A stretch of 64,000 bases of DNA from Caecitellus pseudoparvulus (lineage: Eukaryota; Protista; Bigyra: Bicosoecida): the NCBI GenBank assembly GCA_965644315.1, contig CBFFRQ010000031.1:248001-312000 (forward strand), read 5' to 3'. The notes under the pieces were generated by a model. It ran no database searches. It was not told the origin of the DNA and saw only the letters and a program-made list of their open reading frames with translations. The position numbers and the translations under genes are program-made. Numbering within the stretch: position 1 is the stretch's first letter; each line of letters opens with the position of its first letter. Positions 49,320 to 60,541 of this stretch are shown piece after piece.

Positions 49320-49469
49320 GACTGTGCTGCGTGGTACCTGAATGCACAGCCGTCACAACGCCCCGTGGGTTGGCATAACCGACGGACAGCAGGTCGGAAA
49401 ATTAATTATTAAGGCAATCCACGTGCTTCCAGTGGAATGTGACATGCATTGGGTACTGCAGGGGGGGAA

Positions 49470-52342
49470 TCACCTGAGAGGCACCAGCACTGTGCGGCCG
49501 CCGGCGTACTGGCGAAGCTCAAATCCTTCAGGAACCTGCATCACCTGCCCAGGCTGGGGCGCCGGAACCTCAATGGCTCCAGGGGGCAGCTGCAGTGGCT
49601 GGGCGGGAGCCGGCGCAGGTGCGGGTGCAGGGGCAGGCGCTGGGGCTGGTGTTGTTGCAAGCACCTGGTACTGCTGGGACGGCATGGGCTGGCTGGCAGG
49701 GGCGCCGTATGCATACTGTGTAGCATGCTGCGGGGGTGGTTGTTGCTGGCCAGGGAAGGCTGCAGGCCCCCCTTCACGGGGTGGGCCACCAGCCCCGCCT
49801 GCACCCACGCCGTACGAGTACGCGGCCGGTGCTGGCACGGGCTGTGCGGCTGCCCAGGATTGCGGGGGAGGGGGGCCGCCCCACGAGCCAGCTTGCTGTG
49901 GGCCTGCACCTGTGGGGCCCACTGGGGGGGGGCTTGCAGTGGGCGGGGGCGTAGCCGGTTGTGCTGCGACGGAGCGAGCGAAGGCTGCGTCTTGCTCAGC
50001 CTGTGCCGACGCTGCCAGCTGCAGGAGCAGGTCTTTTCGCTGTTCCTGCCGCGCGTGGCACGTGTCCTGCACTGTGCGCAGGAGGGTGTCAGCGTGACCC
50101 CGCAGGCCTGCGTAGAACAGCTCGCCCTCCTTCAAGTTGGACCGGATTTCGTCGAATTTGTCCACGCCCACCTGCAGCATCTGCAGCGCGTCTCGACGGG
50201 CGACAGCCGTCCTGTCCAGCTGCGCCACCTCCCCCCACCGCTCATTCAAAGTGGAGATCTTGTCTGTCAGCGCCTGCAGTGGTGTGAAGTACGCTTCATC
50301 TAGCGCAGCGCGGGAGCCCTCGAACGCAGCGCGACAGGATCGGTCTGACTCCTCCAGCATGGTCAGATTAGCGGGTGGCACGCGCTCAAACACCGCTGCT
50401 GCTGCCGGAGCGTCCATTACACTGCCCATGTGCCGCTTCACGGCGTCCTCCCTCCCCGCCACGAGAGCATCCAGCTCCTCCAGCGCGGCCTTCAGGGCCT
50501 GCCGGACCTGCTCAACGGAGTCACCACCGCTCGCGCCAGCTGCCCCGCCCCCTACGGCGGGCAGGGTGGCCTGGATGTCTGCCTTGCTGCGGCCGACGGC
50601 TGCCAGTGCACTGCCAAAGCGCTCCAGCTTGGCGCTCACCTGGCTGTCCGCGTTGGCTGCCGTCGCCATCACGCTGCGCAGGCGTTCCAGGCGGGCCTTC
50701 TCATCGGCAAAGGCACGCTCGGCAGGGAAGACCTTCCACGCCTCCCCATGCTGCGCCTTCTGCTTGGCGTCCTCCTGCTCTTCGATTTGCATCTGCTCGG
50801 CTGCTGCGTGCAGGGTTGTGCCAGCCTGCTCCCCCATGCGCTTGTTTGCAGCCAGCAGGCGCGCAAGCTCTGCAGCCCCGCCCTGGATGTGGGTGGCCTC
50901 AATCTTGGACCACAGCGCATCAGGGATGCCGCCCTCGCCTGAGCCTGCAGCATGCAGTGCACCCGGTAGGCCCATGGAGGCCAGCGTGGCCCTTGCCGTG
51001 TCTGCAGCCTCCTGAGCTTCCCCCCGCACAGCGGCCAGCCGCTCCTCCCGCCACTGGCTGAACCGGGACAGCGCCGAGCTGACCTGGGCAGAGACCAGCG
51101 TGGCAAAGGGCTTCGGTGCAGCGCCCTCCACTTCAGGGTAAGCTGGGAGGGCAGGCGTGGAGAGCTTGGCCATGGGGGCTGGCTGCACCTGGGGCAGGTC
51201 GCCCTGGTCGGGCACCAGGTTCATGTAGATGGTGTTGTTGTCCTCCACGGCCTGCGCCTTGCGGGCGACGATGTGGCTGAGAAGGGAAGACGCGGCATCA
51301 GCAAAGATGCCCTTCTTCTGCGCCAGCGCAATCGCAGCGCGCACTGCGCGCTCCGCGAGGTCCAGGTACGCGATCTCCACGCCGTACCCCTCGGCCTCGG
51401 CCTCAGCCTTGGCCAGGGCTGCCTTCGATTGCTGGTGGTATGCCACGGCGTGGAAGCAGTGCTGCTGGAACTGCAAGTTCGCAGACCAGTGGAAGGCGCG
51501 GGTGATGGAGCGGTAGTCGGGGTGCTGCCCCTTGACCATGTGGGACGCAGCACTGCCGAAGAGGGCAGCGGCGTGCATGGCCAGGCGTGCCCTGACAGCA
51601 GGCGAGGAAGACGTCATGCCCGTCCGCTCAAAGTAGCACACCTGTGCCTGGGCCAGCATGCAGTCCACCAGCATACTCAGGCCCGCTGGCTGCAGGTCAT
51701 TGGGTAGGTTGCCCAGCAGGTGTGGCGCCAACTCGTCCCGGACAAAGGCAAAGGCGTGCGCAGCCTGCAGGAAGCGCTTGGCGGCCCCCTTGACACCTTC
51801 TTCGGTGTGGCGGTCCAGCACAAGGGCTGCCTGGCTGTGCCAGGCGCCGATGTTGAAGGCCACATTGGCGCGCTCCCAAGCCCAGCTCGTGTGGGACAGC
51901 GTCTTGCTGGGCACCAGGCTGTCACCCCACGTGAAGCTCTCCTTCACTGCAGACACGCTCACAGGAAGCTTCACTTGCAGTGTGCCTGCCACAGCATAGT
52001 ACCTGGGTGCAGGAGCGGCAGGGTGTGTGCAGGAGATGGTGGTGGCTGCACACACTTTCCGGGAAGTGCGCACGCTGCGGCACGCACTGCACCAGGGCTG
52101 TCAAGGACGCATCGTTGGGCTCTGCCACTTGCGAGACGCTGTGTCGAAGTGAATGCAGCTCGGCGATGCTGCTCTCTTGCTTGGTCGCTTCCTCCTGCGC
52201 GTGGTGAGGCGGGGGGACGTGCCGCGGAGGCGTGGTGACGGAGAAACGCTGGCCGTACCGAGGAGAAGGCTTTTGTGATGAATGACCGCACTGTGCGGTC
52301 AAAGGTCCCGCTGCGGGTAGTTTTGAAGGGGACGCGAATCAT
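49470..52342 (-). CDS. BRO1-domain ESCRT accessory protein ALIX/BRO1 (2 introns)
   Basis: FTWGDS...WERANVAFNIGA; MLAQAQVC; EDNNTIY; V-domain ending NLKEGELFYAGL; Pro/Gln-rich tail. Confidence 0.9.
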
Positions 52343-52605
52343 GGCTAGGGTGGGCGCGCACAGGCGCTTGGACCGTGTGCCAGTGTGTGGCTGTGGAGCT
52401 GGCAGGTTTGAGGGGAGCTGGCGCAGGCAGCTTGTGCAGGCGTGACTTGCTTCGTGAGCGTACGGCGTCGGCGGGACGCGAGGATTCAACTGCCGTGAGG
52501 AACGGTTGTGCTGAGGAACGTACATTGTTCGAAGAGACATTAGATCAAGAGTGTGTGCAGAGGGAGGGCTGCCTGCCCGTCGCCAGGCAGCGCTTGCCGC
52601 CGCAC

Positions 52606-54176
52606 TCAGCCCAGCTCGCCAGCGCGGCCCTGCACACGCCCTGGTGGAGTTCCCTCCCCACTGCCACCTGCTGAGTACATGCCATGGTCATGGGCTGCGT
52701 GTGAGGTGCCCTGGCCCCGCCCAGACCCTGCGGGGTGGGTGGAGGCGAGGGAGCCTGCTCCTGCAGCCACCAGTGGCGAGGGCGCGCCGGCCCTGCCGCC
52801 GCCTGCCTTGCTGCCGAAGGTGACACTGCCGCCCATGGACGCGTCCAGGGATGGCAGGGCCTTGGCTGGGTGCCGGCGCGGGGCGAGGGACGCCTTTATC
52901 TCCTGCTTGCGACGCTGCAGCTCCAGGGAGTGCTTCTGCTCCAACACCGCCTGCACGTTCTTGTTGCGCTGCAGGAGGCGCTTGGTGTCCACCTCCCGCT
53001 GCTTCAAGTGCTCCCGGCGCCGCACGTCAATGCGCTTGAGCAAGGCAGCCAACTCTGCCTGTTGCTGCTGCCTGAACTTGCTTTCCCGCTGCTCAAACAC
53101 CGCCAGGCGCTGCTCGTCCATTTTGAGGCGCTCTCGCTTCTCCAGCTCGTCAGCGATGCGCTTGATCTTCTGCGCCTCTGCATACTTGCGCTGCTTGGCC
53201 AGGAGCTGCTGGCGCTTGCGCCAGTCCAGGAGCTCTCGGGAGAACTTCGGCGGGCGCTTGATGAGCTCCTGGTGCAGCGCCTGCTGGAACTCCTTCAGCT
53301 TGATGCCGTGCTTGTCCGCCATCTGCTTGATGTACATCTGCGCCATCTGGTCGAACTCCGTCATGTACCTGTCCCATGCGGCATTGAACTCAGCGAACTG
53401 CATGTTGTGGGCGATTTGCACGTCCTGGCGCTCGGCGATGTGCCGAGCACGCAGAGCCTTGTTCTGCCGCCGCTCCTCCTGCTTGCGCAGGGCAGCGGAC
53501 TGCTGGGCAGACCGTCCCGCCTCCAGGTAGTTCCCCTCCTCCTCGCACTTGATGCGGTACTCATCCAGGATGCGCAAGAACTCGTACACCTTTGGGTCCG
53601 GTGCGTCGTCAGGCAGCGGCGCTGCGCAAGTGGACGGGGAGAGGTGACGGGGGCTGCCTGGCCAGGCGCTGTCTCACGGGCTACGCACGTCTGCCGGGTG
53701 CAACGATGCTGACAAACTGCTCAAAGTCCATATCCTTCTCGCCTTCAGGGTCGTAGTCTTTCAGCAGGTTTGAAGCTGGCGGGGGTGGGTGGGTGGGGAC
53801 ACGGTGGAGCCAGCTGCATGCGACGCTCCGAGCCACGCGCTCAGCCCTCCTTCCGCACACGCACCTTCGCCGGGGTTGCGGCCAATAGCGTCCAGCATGG
53901 CCTCAAGCTGTGTCGTCTGCACTTTCCCCGTCCCCTCTTCATCGAACTTGTCAAACACCTCTGCGGGCGCGTGGCATGGCCTCGTGAGCTGCAGCGAGAG
54001 TCTGAAGATCGCGAGTTTGCACTTTGACTCACCCTGCAAGAACTGGACTTCTTGCTCGTTCAAACGACGGACAGAGCCCTGGAACAGGTGCACAGGGACA
54101 AGGTGCGGAGCTGTGCGGGTCCTGCGCTTGGCGGCATGACAGCGGCACGCACCACCATGGGCTCGGACACCGCCAT
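52606..54176 (-). CDS. EF-hand pair plus long coiled-coil protein (4 introns)
   Basis: Spliced MAVSEPMV|GSVRRLNEQEVQFLQ|EVFDKFDEEGTGKV...|LLKDYDPEGEKDMDFEQFV...|PDPKVYEFLRILDEYRIKCEEEGNYLEA followed by heptad-rich sequence. Confidence 0.8.
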
Positions 54177-54516
54177 GGCGGCCCTGCGGAATTCGAACTC
54201 TGGCTCAACAAGCTCCCTGAGGCGTGGCACGCAGCCGGAGATCGCAGCACTGTCTAGCTCACATGCAGGCGAATGGTGGTTGAGAAAGGACGCAGACGGC
54301 GTGATTTTGGCCGCCCACCATTACCACACGAAGAGCTGTGCAGCTGTGCGTGTGTGGTCTCGGACCTCGCAATCTTGGCCCAGGTGTGAGCGGGTAGTGC
54401 AGCGCCTTACCCATTCACCGCCAAAAACAAATTCGACCCACAACCCCACAATACAGACTCTGAGGCTCAGGGTCTAACTGTGTGGAGTCTCTCCCTGTGT
54501 GTAAAGCGGCAGAGCC

Positions 54517-56410
54517 ATGCGTCTGTCCACCGCAATGCTGGCGCTGTGCGCCGCCGGAGCTAGCTGTGCCGCGGCGCAAGGCTCATCTTGGGTGGGCTGG
54601 AACACAGCAGCTCCCAGCCGGTACATCCTGCTGGGACGGGGCAAGTACAATGGCACCCTCCACGCCATGGACATTCCCGGGGGCAAGTACAACGCCTCAC
54701 AGCCACCCATGGTTGCCGACCTGCATGGCTCTTCATATGAGCAAGGTGTGTTGATGCAGCCCCAGCGGCGTCGAGTGGGAGCCGCAACGCAAACCCAGAC
54801 GCACGCCCATGCAACGACTTGGAAAATGCTCCTGTGCAGGCTACGACTTCGGGTACTTGACGGTGCGTGAGCATTGCTTCGGCAGGCGCGTGCGAAGTGC
54901 AGTGCACTTCACGCGCCTCTGTCTTTGCCTGCGTTGCGGCGAAAAGAGATCTTGCTCGCTGCTGGGAATGCGATAGACTGACGATTACGATCCACTTCTT
55001 CATCTCTCACAGGGTGTTGGTGCGCAGCACAATTTGGATGCGCTGTTTGCGAAGATCCTGGGCACTGGGCCGCTGTCAGGGCTAGCCAAGGACGCGCTGA
55101 ACGTGTTCATGGACTGGCAGTGGAAGGACTACCTGTCCAAGGCAGTGGAGGTGCAAGCACCGTGGCTCATGGAGGAGATCCAGGGCTTTGCGGACGGCGC
55201 AGCTGCCGTGGGCGTGTCTGACGGCGGCCTGTTGCTGTCCAGGGCCACCGTGCTGGCCAACTTCCCAGGCACACTCACAGACCTCATCTACGTGCTGGCA
55301 GACGAATTCGGCATCCCCGTCTCTGCCACCGCCAGACATGTTGCGGCGCCTGGGCACGCAGCTGCGGCAGCAGCCGTGCGAGCGGCTGTCGTGCGTGCCC
55401 TCAACGCACACCCGGTGTCCCAGCGCATGGCAGCGGTGCTGCCTGCGCCCCACGCAGCTGATCCGGCGGCCTGGCTGCTGGGGTTGGCCTGGCCCACCAT
55501 GCAGTGCAGCATGATGGCCTTCTGGGGCGGGCGCACGCAGGGTGGGCGCCTCTTCAGTGGGCGCAACCTGGACTGGCTCTCCAACTCTGGTGTGAATGCC
55601 AACAAGCTGGTGACTGTGTGGCGCCCGCCAGGCATGCTGCCCCACGCGACCGTTGGCTTCGCAGGCCTGCAGGGCGCGCTGACCGGCACCTCTGCTGCGG
55701 GCCTGACGGTGCACGAGGCTAACTTGGAGGAGAAGCAGGAGACGTTCCGGGGCTTCCCCTGGATGCTGCGCTTGCGGTGGGTGATGGCACACGCTGAGAA
55801 CTTGGCGGAGGCCAAGGCGCTCTGGGGCGCCAGCAACAACACAGTGGGCTTCAACCACATGGTGGCGTCTGCTAAGGACGTGAACGCGTGGGTGATGGAG
55901 ACGGAGGCGCGGTACACGGCGTACTTCGGCGCAGACGACCCCCGTGAGGCCAACGCCATGTACAACACCAAGGCCGGCCCTGTGCACGCGGGATTCCCCC
56001 TGCCCGAGGCAGTTTGGCGCACCAACCATGGCTACGACCCGAAGATCCGCGGGGACTTCCTGTGGAGCCAGGGCCCCAACACGGACTCCCAGCACCGCTA
56101 TGACATCATCCACGACCAGATCGCCGCCTACGCCGCAGCAGGCACGCCCATCGGGCCCCTGCAGGCCATCAACATCACCTCCCTGCCAGGGGACAAGGGG
56201 GACGACTTTTACTACTGCGGAGACACCCACAAGGGCTCCAACGTCCTGTCCGTTACGTTTGACCCCAGCCTGGGGCAGATGTACGCGGCGTGGGAAGCGT
56301 ACGCGGGCGCCGCCTGGCGCCCCGCCGCCTGCTCCACGTACGTGCAGCTGAACATGACTGCCTGGTTCAACGGGCGCGGCCCCAGCTCGGCGGGGTCTGT
56401 CGCTCTGTGA
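54517..56410 (+). CDS. Secreted/lysosomal Ntn-hydrolase, peptidase C45/acid-ceramidase-like (2 introns)
   Basis: Signal peptide; autocleavage nucleophile context MQCSMMAFWG...LFSGRNLDW; WRTNH. Confidence 0.8.
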
Positions 56411-56411
56411 G

Positions 56412-56419
56412 AATGCATT
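56412..56419. promoter_or_regulatory. AATGCATT palindrome between convergent Ntn-hydrolase and ECHS1 stops
   Basis: Sits in the 27-nt gap between the two stop codons. Confidence 0.6.
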
Positions 56420-56437
56420 GCTGCAGGGCGGTGCCCA

Positions 56438-57468
56438 TCACTTGTCCTGGAAGGCAGGCTTGCGCTTCTCTGCGAAGGCCGCCATGCCCTCCTTCTGGTC
56501 AGCCGTGCCGAAGGTGGAGTGGAAGAGGCGGCGCTCAAAGAGAAGGCCAGACTCCTGCGTGCCCTCGTACGCGGCGTTGGTGGCCTCCTTGGCCATGGCG
56601 ATGATGGGCTGGGAGAGGGAGGCGATCTTGGCAGCCATGGCGACAGCCGTCGGCACCGTCTCCTCCACAGGCACCACCTTGGACACCAGGCCGTACTGGG
56701 CAGCCTCCGCGGCAGACATGCGGTCGCCAGTCAGAATCAGCTCCATGGCCTTGCTCTTGCCCACGGCGCGGATGAGGCGCTGGGTGCCGCCGCCGCCAGG
56801 GATGGTGCCGATCGTCACCTCCGGCTGCCCAAACTGCGCGTTCTCGCCGGCGATGATGATGTCGCACATCATGGCCAGCTCGCACCCGCCACCCAGTGCA
56901 AAGCCGTTCACCGCCGCGATGATGGGCTTGCTGCGCTTGGCGACGTCGCCCCAGGACGCGAACATGTTCCCCTTGAACGTGTCCATGTAGCTGCGGGACG
57001 CCATCTCCTTAATGTCGGCGCCGGCGGCAAAGGCGCGGTCCGAACCGTGCAGCACCATGGCGCCCACCTCGGGGTCTTCGTCATATGCCAGGGCGGCAGC
57101 GTTCACCTCCTTCATCAGCGCGTCGCACAGGGCGTTCAAGGCCTGCGGCAGGCGGGTGCAGGGCCGGGTGAGGCAGGGGCACGCGGCCGGGGCCCCGGTC
57201 GCGCCTCACCTTGGGGCGGTTCAACGTGATCACGCCCACCTTGCCCTGCTTCTCCGTCAGGATGTGCTCGTAGCCTGGGCGAGGCATGGCAGGGGCAGGG
57301 TGGCGGGAAGGAAGGTTGCGAGGGCGGTGCGGGTGGTGCACGTCACACCACGCCAGGGCGCCGTGGCAGTCACGCACTGGTGGACATGGCACGGACCCAC
57401 ATGGAGCTGGCGGGGATGGACCCTGCAGTCACACGGGAGGCAATGCAGCGTGCACTGGAGGCAAGCAT
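56438..57468 (-). CDS. ECHS1: Mitochondrial short-chain enoyl-CoA hydratase (2 introns)
   Basis: Presequence [13 protein letters not shown]; ITLNRPK|ALNALC; [10 protein letters not shown]; [13 protein letters not shown]; [18 protein letters not shown]. Confidence 0.95.
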
Positions 57469-57793
57469 GGTGACAGGGACGTGGAAAGAGTGCCGGGGGG
57501 CAGTGAGTCGATTTCCGCAATACGGGTGCAGCCGGGGCCTCGCGATGCGTGGTTAGGAGTGGGTGCATTGAGAGTGAGCTTTGGAGGAGATCAATACTGA
57601 TCCGTCTTGCAGCCTGCGAAGCCTCGCGGCGTGCGCAGTGGCGCCTCCCCCCCCCTGTCCCCCCTCGGCTTCTGCGCATGTACACTTCGTCCGCTTCGCG
57701 GCCCCAAAACACACGCTGCAAACTGAGCAGCACGAACACCGCACCAGACTTGCCCCCCATTGCTTTGTACGTGTGCCGTCCAGTCCCTGCACC

Positions 57794-58561
57794 ATGAAGC
57801 GCATCGCCGGCGTCCTCGCGGCCAGCTGCCTGCTGCTCGTCGCAGCAGCCAGCGCCGCCATGCCCAAGCTGTACATCGTCCGCTTCCACGACCAGGTGTC
57901 CACTGACGCACCTGAGGAAGTGCAAGAAGTGTACGATGAAGTGTATGGCAAGCATGCCGACGCAGGGGAGCCAGACTGGCACGCTGTGCAGGAGCACAAG
58001 TTCGAGCGGCTTTTCGAGGGCGCAGCCATCTGGCTGTCGCCTGCCGCCGCCCAGTGGCTCAAGAGCCACCCTGCCGTCGCTGACATCGAGGAGGACCAAG
58101 AGATGCACATCATCGAGCCCACCCCCGCGGACCCGCATGGCTTCGACGCTTGGAGCACGAGCGGCAAGGCCCTGCATGCCAACAGGCAGTTGCACCGCGA
58201 TGCTGCCCCCGACATCCTGCAGCGCACGCTGCAGGCGGCGCCTGCGACGAGGACACAGAGCGACAACATTGAGAACTTTGGGCTGTGGAACCTGGACCGC
58301 ACTGACCAGGTCGATGCGTGCGTGGGCCGTCGCACGCCACACCCCGCCGGCGCTGGCCTGTGGCCCTCCTTGCCCACCTCACCCACCCCTCCACGATCCA
58401 CAGACCACCGTACTCCAACTCGTACTCATACTCCCGGGACGGCTCTGGTGTGGACGTGTACGTCGTGGATTCTGGAGTGCGCCAGACGCACGTGGACTTC
58501 GGGGACCGCGCGCTCGCCGGCTTCGACGGCATCAACGACGGCCTGCCCCAAGCCTCCGACT

Positions 58562-58592
<31 letters not shown>

Positions 58593-60057
58593 TGTGGGCG
58601 GCACCACCGTGGGCATCGCCAAGAACGCCACCCTCATCGCCGTGCGTGTCTTTGGCTGCACGGGCGGCGGCTCCACTGCCGTCATCCTCAACGCTCTGGA
58701 GTGGGTGTCCCGGACCGCCGCCCAGCGCCTGGCCACTCAGGGCAGGCGGGGGGTCGTGAACATGTCACTGGGCGGCGGGCGCAGCACGACCTTCGACGCA
58801 GCCACGAACAAGCTGGCGCGCGAAGGCCTCGTCGTCGTGGTAGCGGCGGGGAACGAGAACCAAGACGCGTGCAACACGTCCCCCGCCGCGGCCGAGCTGG
58901 CCATCGCTGTCGGCGCCACCGACATCAACGACGTCAAGGCAACTTTCTCGAACTTTGGGCCGTGCGTGGACATCCAAGCCCCTGGCGTGGACATCTTCTC
59001 CGCATACCACACGGCAGACACCTCCGCCAACGTGCTGGACGGCACCTCCATGGCCAGCCCAGCAGTGGCAGGCATGGCCGCGCGGTACCTGCAGCAACGC
59101 CCAACTGCCACCGTCAGCGAGGTGCGCCGGGCGCTCCTGTGCACAGCCACACAGAACACCCTGACGGGGCTGCCTGCTGACGGCACCCCCAACCTGCTCA
59201 TGCACAGCACCGCGCTGGGGCTGAACGTGCCTCAGGCGGATGGCACGTGCGTGCCCCCCACCGAGGGCGGCGGGGGCCCCTCGCCCCCACCTCCCACACC
59301 AGTGACATGCCCCAACGACTGCTCCCAGCGGGGCACGTGCAACGAGGACGGCAACTGCATCTGCACCTGCGGCTGGATGGGGGCGGACTGCAGCCAGCAG
59401 CTGTCCATTCAGGAGGGGCAAGGCCTGACTGGGCAGGTGCCTGGGGACACCCGCTCAGAGGCTGCGACGGCCATCTTCGGGCAAGAGAGCGCTGAGGTCT
59501 TCGTGGCCCTGACTGTGCCCGAGGGAGTCACCCGCCTGACCATCTCCACCTGCGCCAGTCGCACCAACTTTGACACCTACACCTGGCTGCTGTCAGCCTG
59601 CCCCGGCAGCCAGCTGAGCGGCGCAGACGTCGTGACGGCGAACGACGACTCAGCGCCAGGGTCCTGTGCGCCGCCTGCCAGCGCCCTGCCGCCGTACACC
59701 CCCACCAATTTCCCGCCTCCCAGCTCCATGGAGGTGCGGAACCCCCTGCCCGGCCGGTACTACGTGATGGTGGAGGGGTACCAGGCATCAGAGGGCGCCT
59801 TTGCCCTGACGTGGGACATGGCGGCACCCCCCGGAACGGCAGTGCCCTCTGCATCCCCCACGCCTGCACCCCACACCACCATCAGCCCCCGCCCCGTCCC
59901 CTCATCCGGTCTCGGTGACACGGAGGATGACGCGTTCGGGGACGGCGCGGAGCAGGAGCAGGGCGTGCCTGCCAGCGCAGCTTCGGCGTCCCCGGCGACA
60001 CTCCTTGTGCTTGCCTTCTGTGCCCTGTATGCCGCACAAGCCGCCCTAGTGCGCTAG
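57794..60057 (+). CDS. Subtilisin S8A (proteinase K-like) protease with prodomain, EGF-like module, PPC-like module and C-terminal hydrophobic anchor (1 intron)
   Basis: Signal peptide; catalytic triad VVDSG / HGTHVAG / GTSMASP; CPNDCSQRGTC..C.C..GWMGADC; hydrophobic C-terminus. Confidence 0.92.
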
Positions 60058-60243
60058 GACGCGTCAGCAGGGCGCTTGTGCAATAATGTTTGGCTGGCCT
60101 GCGCGCTTGCGCAGGTTGGGGGTCTGTGGACGCTGGCCGTCTCACGCTCCCAACAGCACATGTCAATTTAATTTGTGGTGCACTCCTTGCACGTATTCTT
60201 GACCACGTTTGTTCCAGGAGTGTTTCGCATGGCTTCAATGAGG

Positions 60244-60249
60244 AAAAAA
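60244..60249 (-). terminator. RNA polymerase III terminator (T6) after tRNA-Thr
   Basis: Run of six T on the minus strand, 1 nt after the discriminator base. Confidence 0.85.
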
Positions 60250-60250
60250 T

Positions 60251-60322
60251 TGCATCAGCGCGGAATCGAACCACGGACCGCTGCATTACAAGTGCAGCGC
60301 TCTACCCCTGAGCTACAAATGC
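60251..60322 (-). tRNA. trnT-UGU: tRNA-Thr(UGU), intronless
   Basis: GCATTTG TAGCTCAGGGGTAGAGC G CTGCA CT-TGT-AA TGCAG CGGTC CGTGG TTCGATT CCGCG CTGATGC A; the cloverleaf folds and A and B boxes are present. Confidence 0.95.
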
Positions 60323-60541
60323 AATTGTGGGGTGGGGAATTTCATGAGTTTGTAAACTACATTTTTATAGAGTAGCTCCAGCCGCAAACGAAACGCAAGC
60401 ACTCTTTGCCCCAACACATTTCACTCTCCCAACAGCGCTGCCCTGCATGAGAACTCCCCCGTGCAGTTACACCAGTCAAAGTGCACTGTTATTACCCACT
60501 CCTTCCCTCGCGTTTGTCGTTCGAGAGTTTTGCAGCGCACA

